This document shows, one piece after another, positions 47,002 through 59,898 of a stretch of 64,000 nucleotides of DNA. The notes beneath the pieces were generated by a model, which was given only the letters and a program-made list of their open reading frames with translations, made no database searches and was not told where the DNA came from. This DNA is from Eledone cirrhosa (Eukaryota), in contig OZ024755.1 in assembly GCA_964016885.1 (NCBI GenBank), positions 1,426,001 through 1,490,000 of the forward strand, read 5' to 3'. How positions within the stretch are numbered: position 1 is the stretch's first letter; the number at the start of each line of letters is the position of its first letter. The position numbers were made by a program, and so were the translations under genes.

Positions 47002-47419
47002 CTACCAACTATATAATTCTATGTAGTATCGGATCATATGTTCATGTCAGTTTAACTACTGTTGTATGATGAATAACTGAAAGATTAGAAGCCATATTGA
47101 AAAAATGTCTGAATCTAGATTTAACCCACAACAAATAGAAAGTATTAACAGAACAATACAATAATAAAAGTATTACGTTCCTGGCTTTATTTCACTTTTC
47201 TGAGGTTGGGGCAGTAAATTGTAGTTATGGTGAGCATAGTAGCCTTGATTTTTACTAAGCACTAGACATATGGTACTTTAAACTGTATGTCCTTTATATA
47301 AAGAGTATATGTGTTTTATATATAGACTATATGTCTTTATAGATTGTGTGTCTTTTATATAAAGGTTGTACATCTTTATCTAAACACTGTATCTCCTTAA
47401 CTATAGATTATGTCTAATG

Positions 47420-47665
47420 GTTGTATGTCCTATATCTAAACACTGTATGTCCTATATCTATAGATTGTATGTCCTATATCTAAACACTGTATGTCCTATA
47501 TCTAAACACTGTATGTCCTATATCTAAACACTGTATGTCCTATATCTAAACACTGTATGTCCTATATCTAAACACTATGTCCTATATCTAAACACTGTAT
47601 GTGCTATATCTAAACACTGTATGTCCTATATCTATAGATTGTATGCCCTATATCTAAACACAGTT
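47420..47665. repeat. 22-bp tandem minisatellite
   Basis: Unit TATGTCCTATATCTAAACACTG. Confidence 0.9.
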
Positions 47666-48597
47666 TATCCATATACATCCTTTGTCCAACCCTTGCAAGC
47701 AGGGAAAAGCAGACGTAAAATGATGATGATGATGATGATCCTGACTACATTTAATTCTGCTAAGATTGTTCTTGTTTTCACAACTTTAGTTCTTAGTATT
47801 TTTCAGTAATTCAACAGGTATTTCTGTGAATATATATGGATGCTCAACAGATTTTTTGGCACCCTTCACTCCACACCCAGACTAGATAATAATAATTCAC
47901 TGGAGACATTATGAAGTATTAAATGTTTAAAGCTAAACCTAATGCTTCTCGTTAACCCCTTAACATGAATGAAATAGTTTGGTGGGTGACAGGAAATTGC
48001 AGGGTCCATCCAGAATTATATATGGATTAAAACAAGTGTTATACCATCAGTTACCGAAAAATCAATTGTGTATTTATATATTGAACTTTTATAGATATTT
48101 CACTATGAAACATTGTTGATTATAAATCAATATAAAGAATGGTGTGTTCATGTGTGGAGATTCTATTAAACAGGGTCAAGACCCTATTTTCTAGCATCTC
48201 TGTCAATAAACAGACCATTCTTTATATTAACTTTATCCTCTCAGCACTCTGTAAAAGCCCAGGATCATCAATATATACAGATTATGTTCATTTTGTTTCC
48301 AATGTGAACAAAACATTTTTATGTAATTAATTGAGGTTTCAAATTTACTATTTTTTCTTGTTTATTTATAATTTTTTTTTTTTAAATGATTGAACTTGTT
48401 AAAATTTTTAAGTATCAATAATATATTTTTTAAAATATAACATTGAATTCTTTCTTATTGGTACAATGGTACGACTAAATTGGTCTCCAAATACTAAATT
48501 TATTGTATTTATTTGTGCAAAGTGAGCAGATATTGTAATTCTGTTCTCTTCTCTGTCATGAAAGTTCTGTTACTCTTGGCCTTCTGATTATGACAAC

Positions 48598-49128
48598 ATT
48601 TTTACTATAATAACTTTTAAATATATTAACTTTTAAATATAATACATTTTAAATATAATACCTTTTAATTATATTAACTTTTAAATATAATACCTTTTAA
48701 ATATGTTACCTTTTAAATATAATACCTTTTTACTATAATACCTTTTAAATATATAACCTTTTAAATATATAACCTTTTAAATATATAACCTTTTAAATAT
48801 ATAACCTTTTAAATATATAACCTTTTAAATATATAACCTTTTAAATATATAACCTTTTAAATATACTACCTTTTAAATATATAACCTTTTAAATATATAA
48901 CCTTTTAAATATATAACCTTTTAAATATATAACCTTTTAAATATACTACCTTTTAAATATACTACCTTTTAAATATATAACCTTTTAAATATATAACCTT
49001 TTAAATATATAACCTTTTAAATATACTACCTTTTAAATATATAACCTTTTAAATATACTACCTTTTAAATATATAACCTTTTAAATATATTACCTTTTAA
49101 ATACATTACCTTTTTACTACCTTTTAAA
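48598..49128. repeat. 16-bp AT-rich minisatellite
   Basis: Unit CCTTTTAAATATATAA / CCTTTTAAATATACTA. Confidence 0.92.
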
Positions 49129-49539
49129 TTTCTCTTTTGAAAAAAAACAAACTTGCATTTAATTTCTATTCCACACATGTATGAACGCAGACATACACAC
49201 ACAGACACATACACACATCACATGTACACACACACAACACATGTACACACACACATCACATGTACACACACAGACACATACACACATCACATGTACACAC
49301 ACACAACTAGCTGGTAATTATCATAGCATGCCTTAATCCGTCCTTAAAAACTGTTCTCTGTTCCACATTTATGATATACTTTAATATTTAATACATATCA
49401 CAATGTTGGGGAAAAGTGTTCGGAATAACACCAGTGCACTAAGCTGTGCTAATGCTGCACAGTGCACTAAAGCGACACAATGCACTAATGTTGCACAGTG
49501 CACTAAGCTGCACTAATGCACAGAAGAAAGAGGCTTGAA

Positions 49540-50325
49540 ACATTACAACAGGTTGGTGAATGTGGAGAATGAGTGTTAGGAAAAGAAACTACCCCAGTAG
49601 ATCTAGCAAAGGTACCAGCTTTTAAAGTTGACAGTTATGGGCTTAAAGAAGTAATCATAGAAATGAAAAATGGAATAAAACTGCTGGACTGGTGACATGA
49701 GAGATGAGTTACCTGTATAATTAATCAGGTAATACATGATGTGGGCATTCCTAATGACTGGGATAGCAGTATAATTAGTAGTTGCTACAAGAGGAAAGGT
49801 GATACTCTACAAGGAGAAATTATAGAGGTATTAAACTGATTGATCAAGTTATTGAAGTGACAATGTTAGCACAATTAATTAGGGAAATAAACAATGTAGA
49901 TCAGATTCAGTTCAATCTTGTGTCAGGAAGGAACACTACATGCACCTTTTCTGAGAAAACTACAAGAGAAGTTCCTAGCCAAATGTAAGCTACTATATCA
50001 AGCCTTTGATAGAGTTTTATGTTCTATCATCTGCAGAGAAATGAAGTGAACATGCTTTGATGGATGCGTGATGTCAATACGCATAGATAGCTAAGAGAAA
50101 TAGTATAAAAGGAATCAAATGTAGTGTGCAAGAGAGAGGGGTGTGCTGGTATGGACATGGGATGTTTATGAAGGTTGATCATTCGGTGAAGAAATGCCAG
50201 AAGTAATGAGAGCTGATGTTAAAACAGTGAACCTGGCTGATGAGGAGGAGATGATGAAGAAATGGAATCTGTGTTGGAAAAGACCCAACCAACCCACTCA
50301 AACATGGAAAAATGGAGATAAAGAG
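49540..50325 (+). pseudogene. Highly degraded RTE LINE fragment
   Basis: Residual codons for IPNDW.SSII.S.YK.KGD, NYRGIKL.DQV, LQEKFLAK and WYGH.M. Confidence 0.7.
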
Positions 50326-51283
50326 TAGTTAGTGAGGATGGTTAAGATAAAGTATTGATGATTGTGAATATCAGAGATTAGATCAATACAACAATAGTCA
50401 TATAATTGATAAAGATTGTGGAACCTGATTTTAACCAGGTAGACTGAGCCAACAGTAAAAATATTTCCTTTGCATTAGAAAGGAGAAAATACAGAAGTGT
50501 AAATATCCTCATTTTATTTACTTCTTTCCCCCCACCCCACCCCCACCCCCTCTTTCTTGTGACAGTTGAAGGGGCAGTCTTCAGACATGCCTTCCAAAAG
50601 TTCCTGTTAGAAGGAATTGCCTGCAAATGATCTGGCAGGATCCCTAGCGAGGCCAACTGAGCTCATGGATGTTATCAAACCATCTGGTCTACATTTGGAT
50701 CTCTCAGCTATACATCCTATCAAGTAACAATATTCTAAACACCCTTTGGAGAAACTTCATTTTGGCTGCTTTTATTCACGATTATATTCTTTCAGTCATT
50801 ACTCAAGATTCATGACCATAGGTAATGGTGCCTACCCTGACAAATATTGAATTAAAGATTGTGAGTTTGGTTTTTACACATGCCTTCCTTCCTTCTGATG
50901 ACCAAGTGCCGAAGGTAGCACATTATTGCACCAGCTCAGACAATTCTTATATTTAATTCAGCTTCCTCCCTTCCATAACTCATGAAAACAGCCGAGAGAT
51001 ACCAAAACTTTTCCACTTACTTTAATTTTCTCAGCTATGCAAACATTTCCAAGCCATGCAGTAACATATTTTCACTAGTTTATATGCAATAAAGTTTCTT
51101 CAACTAAATATTTCAGAGGTTATATAAGGAACAGTTCTCACACTTGCTGCCTGATATTCCTGTATTTATAAAGAAGAGTGAGGTTCACCTGTTTTAGTAA
51201 AGCTCTTGTTGCAGAAAAGGAAATTCCATGAAACAAAACATGGGAATGTAATGAGTCAATAATTTACAATGCAAACTGTGGAA

Positions 51284-52536
51284 GTGTGAGAGATAGACAG
51301 TGTGTGTGTGTGTGAGAGATAGACAGTGTGTGTGTGAGAGAGATAGACAGTGTGTATGTGTGAGAGATAGACAGTGTGTGTGAGAGATAGACAGTGTGTG
51401 TGTGAGAGAGATAGACTGTGTGTGTGTATGAGAGATAGACAGTGTGTACGTGTGAGAGATAGACAGTGTGTACGTGTGAGAGATAGACAGTGTGTGTGTG
51501 TGAGAGATAGACAGTGTGTGTGTGTGAGAGATAGACAGTGTGTGTGTGTGAGAGATAGACAGTGTGTACGTGTGAGAGATAGACAGTGTGTGTGTGTGTG
51601 TGAGAGATAGACTGTGTGTGTGTGTGAGAGATAGACTGTGTGTGTGTATGAGAGATAGACAGTGTGTGTGTGTATGAGAGATAGACAGTGTGTGTGTATG
51701 AGAGATAGGCAGTGTGTGTGTATGAGAGATAGGCAGTGTGTATGTGTGAGAGATAGGCAGTGTGTATGTGTGAGAGATAGACTGTGTGTGTGTGTGAGAG
51801 ATAGACTGTGTGTGTGTGTGAGAGATAGACTGTGTGTGTGTGTGTGAGAGATAGACTGTGTGTGTGTGTGTGAGAGATAGACTGTGTGTGTGTGTGTGAG
51901 AGATAGACTGTGTGTGTGTGTGTGAGAGATAGACTGTGTGTGTGTGTGTGAGAGATAGACTGTGTGTGTGTGTGTGAGAGATAGACTGTGTGTGTGTGTG
52001 TGAGAGATAGACTGTGTGTGTGTGTGTGAGAGATAGACTGTGTGTGTGTGTGTGAGAGATAGACTGTGTGTGTGTGTGTGAGAGATAGACTGTGTGTGTG
52101 TGTGTGAGAGATAGACTGTGTGTGTGTGTGTGAGAGATAGACTGTGTGTGTGTGTGTGAGAGATAGACTGTGTGTGTGTGTGTGAGAGATAGACTGTGTG
52201 TGTGTGTGTGAGAGATAGACAGTGTGTGTGTGTGTGAGAGATAGACAGTGTGTGTGTGTGTGAGAGATAGACAGTGTGTGTGTGTGTGAGAGATAGACAG
52301 TGTGTGTGTGTGTGAGAGATAGACAGTGTGTGAGAGATGGACTGTGTGTGTGTGTGTGAGAGATGGACTGTGTGTGTGTGTGTGAGAGATGGACTGTGTG
52401 TGTGTGTGTGTGAGAGATGGACTGTGTGTGTGTGTGTGAGAGATGGACTGTGTGTGTGTGTGTGTGAGAGATGGACTGTGTGTGTGTGTGTGAGAGATAG
52501 ACACTGTGTGTGAGTGTGTGTGTGTGTGAGAGATAG
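51284..52536. repeat. GAGAGATAGAC(A/T)(GT)n compound satellite
   Basis: ~22-26 bp unit; source of spurious His/Thr-rich ORFs. Confidence 0.95.
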
Positions 52537-53611
52537 TTTGATTTGTAGATCTGCAATGTAATAAAATGTTTTATTTAACCTACTTCTTATAATAATAATA
52601 ATACAATTAACATATCCTCATTACAGATTGGTGCAATGTCCTCTGTAAAGCATAAGTTAAAAGGAATTTACAAATGTATTCTTTATAGAAGATACTTATT
52701 GGATATAGATATGTCTCAGGAAAGAATCACTGGACAGATTTTATGGGCAAAAACCAAACGGGTGGAGACCCAGGAGTAGACCCACCCCGAGCAAGATGGT
52801 TGGGTAATATCCATGAGCTTGGTTAGTCTCGCTTGGGAGATCCAACCGGATCAATTGGAAATGTTGGCTTCTGACAGGAGTGTTTGAGGACTCTGCCCCC
52901 CAACGAACCTCCCAGAAATAAGTGGGTGAAGAAAGAGTATATATAATACAATAGATACAACATTGATGAGACTCTTCAATCTTGCTCCAGATGACAGTAT
53001 CTCTAGTACTGGAGGCTTGGTACAATTGACCCAGTCTATATTATAAGACCCTACCCAATAACAAAGTTTTGGGGTATTCTTTGCTGCTGCTGCGTGTGTC
53101 CTTGACAATAAGACACTGAGATCTGTCCAACATTTGCCAACATGGGGAAAATGGACATAAAATGACGGTGATAATATCTTAGTGTTTAGCTGTATTCATC
53201 TTCAAGCTGTTTGCCTCTATAATCTCTTGTCAAAGTCAATTTTTGCTTGCCATCTTTACAACGTTAATAATATTAAGTACCAGTTATATATAAGGTTGGT
53301 GTAAATAACTAATCCCTTTGTGGCCTTCAATGTAAGAAATCTCAATATTCAGTTTGATTCAAACGAAAGATCCTTTGCAATGGTTGTTCAACATTTGAGA
53401 TCCTGCTGTCTGAAAGAGGTGAGGACACATTGAAGAATGTAGTTCTAGATATACAATAGACAAGATGGCCATGATTGGAATGGTTTTGATAATAAATCTA
53501 TTACATGAGGCCTGATCTAGGGCTAAACAATAATATTTAGTTTAATTATGGTTTTTTCAAGTTCTGAATTCCTACCATAGTTAACTGTATCATTTATCCC
53601 TCTAGGTTTGA

Positions 53612-53797
53612 TGAAAACAGTACCAGTAATACACTGGTGTTAACTGACTATACCTCATTAAAACAGTACCAGTAATACACTGGTGTTAACTGACTATACC
53701 TCATTAAAACTACCAGTAATACACTGGTGTTAACTGACTATACCTCATTAAAACTACCGGTAATACACTGGTGTCACTGTAACTGACTATACCTCAT
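53612..53797. repeat. ~45-bp tandem repeat derived from a SINE A tail
   Basis: AAAAC(AG)TACCAGTAATACACTGGTGTTAACTGACTATACCTCATT x4, directly after a degenerate SINE body. Confidence 0.75.
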
Positions 53798-54774
53798 ATG
53801 ACACATTATTATCAAGAATTAGGGGCCATTCTAACAAAATATAACTTATATTTAGACATCCCCTTCAGTTCATAATAATGACTATTCCTCATCTCAGAAA
53901 TTCAAACAAAATTTTCTTATTCCCAGTAAATTACTATTGCCCGTTAATTAATGATATATAATTAATAACTTGATTAATAATTAACCCCTAATAGTTTGGT
54001 TGGTGTTAGAAAAAGGGTTTAGGACCAAATTGTTTATTTTAAAAAGTTTAATGTAATCTTTTCCAAGTTTAATCTTGCAACCATTATTAAGATTCTAGCA
54101 TCAATGACCTCAGAAAATTGCAGGATTTCTTACCAAAATATATCCACAGCCAGCAGTGCCTATGTTAACCAGAAATTCTAGCTTCAACAAGAACAACCTC
54201 TTGCAATTTCTATGCTTTATAATTAAAATTAAATCTCTATTTGAAGTTGTTTTTTTTACTGTTTTACATAAATTTATCCCCAGGGTGAGGAAGATTCACT
54301 CAAATTTTAACATTTACATATAGTTGCAGTAGTTTTTTTTTCTTTTTCCTTCTTTTTACAGTTATTTTTACCGCTGAGCCTATTGCAAACAACATAATGA
54401 CTGATATAGGTTTAAATACAGGGCCATGTGGCATATTGTCCACAGCCATGTTGTATAAATATAGAACCATGTGGCCTGTTACCCACTTGGCAGCCATTGT
54501 ACCTCCTCATAATTATTACATTTATATATTCTACATATTTGCTTTTCACACTTTAATATCTATGCAATAAATCTATTCATATGTGTATATAAAGATGTTT
54601 ATATAAAGATGTGCAATTCTGAGAAAGATTAATCTGTTTGTGTGTATATATATATATAGTTATACTTTGGTAGGGTCATGCTGCCAATAAAAACACACAC
54701 ACACACCTGTTGGTTTTCACTTCAATTTGTTTCAATGCTTTCAGGCTGATATGCTCAAACTTTTCTACATTTAA

Positions 54775-54995
54775 CCCTTTAGCATTTAAACCGGCCATAT
54801 CCAGCCAGAATTCTCTCACCTATTTTTGTTCAAACTGGCTGTATCTGGCTGCTCATACTGATGTTAAGGTATTGTACTCAAAATAAATAACATCGAAATC
54901 TCATAGATTCGATATTATGAGTGATAATTATGTAAGGTAAAGCTTTTACTGTGAAAATATAATAGTATATATAGAGTATTGTGAATGTTAAAGGG
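54775..54995 (-). mobile_element. piggyBac-type MITE, un-amplified reference copy (~221 bp)
   Basis: TTAA|CCCTTTAGCATTTAAAC ... GTGAATGTTAAAGGG|TT; relatives at 11605-11710, 16562-18587, 29815-29984 and 55266-56662. Confidence 0.8.
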
Positions 54996-55265
54996 TTCCA
55001 TAACCCTCTTCTATTCATTATTTGCAGCTTTTCTATAATATTGCTATTTTCTACCTGTCAAAAGAGTTGGAGTATAGACTATTGACTAGATCCAACTATT
55101 AACCCCTGAAAGTCAATAACACTTTGGTGACCCCCTCTATTTCTTATTACCACAATAGATTGGTAAGCAACTATTAACCTATTTACTACACAGGTGTTAA
55201 TAGAGGTCAGTGGTGTAAACCTGACTCGATTTAGAAAATAAAATATTCCCTGTAACTTCTGTTGA

Positions 55266-56662
55266 CCCTTTACCATTTACATTACTATTACGCAGTAATA
55301 CAGAAGACCCGCCTTGCCTATGTACAAAGCGAAACCTAGTCAGTAGGCACTTCTTAACCAAATATACACCCCCAATCCACTACCCCTACCCTATCCTCCC
55401 ACTCCCACCAACAGCACGAGATAATGAGATCGAGATCGTGTAGGCGTCACGACAAAAAAAACAGTCCACACTGTAATGTGGTTGTGTAGGTAACGGTAAA
55501 AAGTTCCCAGTTCCACACTGTAAATGTGGTTGATGTTAGGAAGAGCATCCAGCTGTAGAAAACCTGCCAGATAGTTCTATATGAGCGAGACACGGACACC
55601 CGACCAGCCTTGCCTCAAGTGGGACAACTCCCGTCTAACCCATGCTAGCGTAGAAAATGGACGTTAAACGAAGATGATGATGATGATTACTCTATATTTA
55701 CTATTGTATTTTCTTGGTAAAAGCTTTACCTTACATAACATTTACATTATATATACTATTGTATTTTCACAGTAAAGGCTTTACCTCACATAACATTCAC
55801 AATACTCTATATATACTATTGTATCTTCACAGTAAAGGCTTTACCTCACATAACATTCACAATACTCTATATATACTCTTGTATTTTCACAGTAAAGGCT
55901 TTACCTCACATAACATTCACAATACTCTATATATACTCTTGTATTTTCACAGTAAAGGCTTTACCTCACATAACATTCACAATACTCTATATATACTATT
56001 GTATCTTCACAGTAAAGGCTTTACCTCACATAACATTCACATTACTCTATATATACTATTTTATCTTCACAGTAAAGGCTTTACCTCACATAACATTCAC
56101 AATACTCTATATATACTCTTGTATTTTCACAGTAAAGGCTTTACCTCACATAACATTCACAATACTCTATATATACTCTTGTATTTTCACAGTAAAGGCT
56201 TTACCTCACATAACATTCACAATACTCTATATATACTATTGTATCTTCACAGTAAAGGCTTTACCTCACATAACATTCACATTACTCTATATATACTATT
56301 GTATCTTCACAGTAAAGGCTTTACCTCACATAACATTCACAATACTCTATATATACTCTTGTATTTTCACAGTAAAGGCTTTACCTCACATAACATTCAC
56401 AATACTCTATATATACTATTGTATTTTCACAGTAAAGGCTTTACCTCACATAACATTCACAATACTCTATATATACTATTGTATCTTCACAGTAAAGGCT
56501 TAACCTCACATAACATTAACAATACTCTATATATACTCTTGTATTTTCACAGTAAAGACTTTACCTCACATAATTATCTTACATAATATTGAATCTATAA
56601 GATTTTGATATTATTTATTTTGAGAACAATACCTTAACGTGAGTATGAGTGGCCGGTTTAAA
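55266..56662 (+). repeat. piggyBac-type MITE with nested RTE 3' fragment (55287-55685) and 60-bp tandem array (55690-56580)
   Basis: Starts CCCTTTACCATTTACATTACT, interrupted by an RTE tail ending (GAT)n with ATTACT duplicated, then ~14 x 60-bp units, then the MITE body. Confidence 0.88.
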
Positions 56663-56734
56663 TCTAATTTATATATTGAAGTCACCTATCAGACATTTCT
56701 AGAAACTGTTTTAATGCTGTCGGCCATGTCCTAG

Positions 56735-58949
56735 ATGACAGTTTTCTTACTTAGTTTGTGTATATTACTATTACACATCCAACGGAGCAAGCTTCATTCC
56801 TTTCAAATCTGCGTAGATCCTCTGCACACAATGTCCAAGTCTCACTGCCATGTAACATTGCTGTTCGTATACAAGCATCATACAATCTACCTTTTATTTT
56901 TAGAGAGAAACCTTTTGTGGCCAACAGCGGTATTAGCTCTCTGAACTTTTTCCATCCCATTCTAACTCTTCTGTACTTTCAGAGCACCCTCCTCCACTGC
57001 TGATTTTGTCATCCAAGTAACGGAAAGTGTCCACTGTTTCTATAGAACCATCTGGGTAGTTGAAGGAGCTAGTATCCTGTAGGCACTTGCTACTTATTGC
57101 ACCTGAGCATCGGCCACATATAAAATCTACATTCTTAGATAGCTTGCCTGTAATTCCAGTACATCTTTTCATTTGGGGCATAGAATGGAATTTCTAACTA
57201 CTCCTTTCCTACACACTGAGCATGGCCATATCCCAGAGGGCACCTGTGCCCTATTTTCCTTTCTACATACTAGAACTTCAGTCTTAGACAAGTTAACTTT
57301 TGATTCTAGGCCATTTTTCCATGTTTGGAATTTCTTCTCTAGTTCAGCCATTGATTCAGCTATGAGAGTTAGATCATCTGCATATAGAAGTTCCCATGGG
57401 CAGCCGGTCTTGAACTCCTCTGTTATAGCCTGAAGGGCAATAATAAATAGGAGGGGGCTAAGGACGGAGCCTTGATGAACAACTTTTACGCTAAATTCTT
57501 CACTATATTCAATGTTAATTCTAACCTTGCTGACTGTTCTTCTATATGTGGCTTGTATAGCTCTCACAAGCCATTCATCAACCCCTAGTTTTCTAAGGGC
57601 CCACCAGATAATGGAGCAGGGGACTCTGTTAAAGGCTTTCTCCAAGTCAACAAAAGCTAAGTAGAGGGGTTTACTTTTAGCTAGGTACTTCTCCTGTAGT
57701 TGCCATACAAGGAAGAGAGCATCTGTGATACTTTTACCTGGCACAAACCCAAACTGCATTTCATCTAGATCAATTCAGTCTCTAATTAGTTGTGCAATAA
57801 TTCATTCTGTGATCTTCATGATCTGGTCAACTAACTTAATGCCTCTATAGTTTTCTTTATCTAGAGTGTCTCCTTTGCCCTTGTAGCTGTTAACAAGGAT
57901 GCTACTATGCCAGTCATTTGGTATGACCCCATTCTGTATTACTTGGTTTACTATATGGGTGACCATAGTATGTACCACCATTCCAGATACTTTCAACATC
58001 TCAGCAACTATCTCCGAAGGCCCAGCTGCCTTGCCTGTCTTCATTAACTTGCACAGCTGGTCCTTCTATTGGATCGATTTGGGGCAGACTATCTTTATCC
58101 CATTCATTCACCTCATTTAGTAGTCTCTCGTAGTGACACTTCCAAGCTACCTTCTTATCAGTATCAATGAGGGCAAGTACACCATCATCATTACAGACAC
58201 TTCTCTCCGACAATATCACAGTTTTCCTTGACACATTGTCTTGCAATCTTGAACACCTCACGTTGAACTTACTATCCTCTGCTTCCCTTCTTGCAAAGTA
58301 CACTTGTCACCTAGCTTCTCTCCTAGCCACCTGACAGTGTTCTCTACTTCCCCCATCCCGCCATACTTTCCAAGCCTGCTTTTTGGCCTTGATTGACTCT
58401 TCCACCTTACTGTTCCACCACCAAGTTACTCTCCTCCCACCTAACAGTCTGCTCCAGCCACAGATTTCATCCGTCGCCTTCAGCAGGTTAACTTTCAAGA
58501 ATTCCCACTGTTCCTCTATATTCTACGTCTCTAATTGCTCTTCCTTACTGTCAATTCTTCCATATTTTTCTCCTCAAGGTAGTCCTCCTCTGTTCTCGAG
58601 TACGTCTAGTCCTGACTGTGAGGTCACTAACTATTAGGCTATGTTGGGAGGTGCATTCTTCATGTGGGAGGGACTTAGTGTTTACAACGGACACTCTGTC
58701 ACGTTTTCTAGTAAGGATATAATCTATCTGGCTGGTGTGTTCCCCTGATCTATAGGTGATCAAGTGCTTGTCTTGTTTTTTGAAGTTTGTGTTACAGATA
58801 GTTAGGTTATTAGTGTCACAGAATTCCAGGATCCTGAAGCCTTCCTCATTTCTAGTACCAAACCCATAGTCTCCATAGATTCCGTCATAGCCATCACAAT
58901 GTTGTCCAACATGACCATTAAGGTTGCCATCAATAATTATGTAGTCACT
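56735..58949 (-). mobile_element. Second, more degraded RTE LINE copy (same family as 35358-39585)
   Basis: Fragmented ORFs nearly identical to the first copy (ITYRSGEHTSQ, TWWWNSKVE, QGSVLSPLLF, LYADD, WPCSVC). Confidence 0.92.
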
Positions 58950-59308
58950 ACGCCAACTAAATGCCAGATCAGAAGTACGTCATAAATATTGCTGGACTGT
59001 CGTCTATATGGAGGTAAGTGATTATTTATTGAAAAATATAAACGAATATATAAAAACGGAAGGAGAGTATGGTAACACACGGAATATATTTTGAGGCATG
59101 TTATCGCGCTGTCTTTTCATTTCAATGCCACATAAGAGGCCATGGGCATACGTTTGGTGACATAACACACAATTTTAGATGTGAAGAGAGACACAGAATG
59201 TGTGACGAAAGAACTTTAAAAATAGACAACCGGTTATTAAACCAACCAAGCCCCCTCTGAGAATCGAACTCACGACTGTAAAGCCATTACGACTTCACAT
59301 AAATACTT

Positions 59309-59347
59309 TGCGCATGCGCATTGACGTCTACTTTTTTGCGCATGCGT
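59309..59347. promoter_or_regulatory. Tandem NRF1/EWG sites plus CRE half-site (candidate core promoter)
   Basis: TGCGCATGCGCA 59309-59320, TGACGT 59322-59327, TGCGCATGCGT 59337-59347 in otherwise CpG-poor DNA. Confidence 0.6.
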
Positions 59348-59898
59348 AATTGGAGTAATTCTGTTTACAAAAAATAATATGGCCACTGGGACAATTTCAT
59401 GTTTTCCAAACTGAATAAAAAACGTTAAAAAACCTTGGATTTTACTATTTATAAGCAAGTAAAGTAGTTTTATTTTATGTTGAACAGTTTTATTGAGACA
59501 TTCTCTGTTTATTTCCTTCCATAAATGTCAGCAATAATTATTTAAACGATAGTTTTGTTTAGTGCCACACTTCCACGTGTGTTATCTAATACACCTTCCA
59601 TATGAAATAGAATTTAGCAGATTTTTCTATTAAGTTGGTAAATAATATATTTCTAGTTCCCTTCATGATATCCCCGTGTTTTGTTGTAAATTCGTTTTGG
59701 AGGACTTTCTCTTTGTCAACATGTGCCATTGGTACTGCCAACTACTCGTGTGTCGCCCTGAATGTCTGTTGTCACCACTGATTTTTATTCTTCATGTCTA
59801 GAAGAGCCTCAGTGTTGAGATAAGTAACAACCTTCTGAAGGACTTGGGTTCAAGTTTCTTTTACATAACGGTAACACCTTTCCCGTTTTGACTGGGAT

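Noticed and set aside
58985-59018. Strong + strand donor GAG|GTAAGT at 59013
   Set aside because: No identifiable upstream acceptor or ORF; it abuts the truncated RTE.
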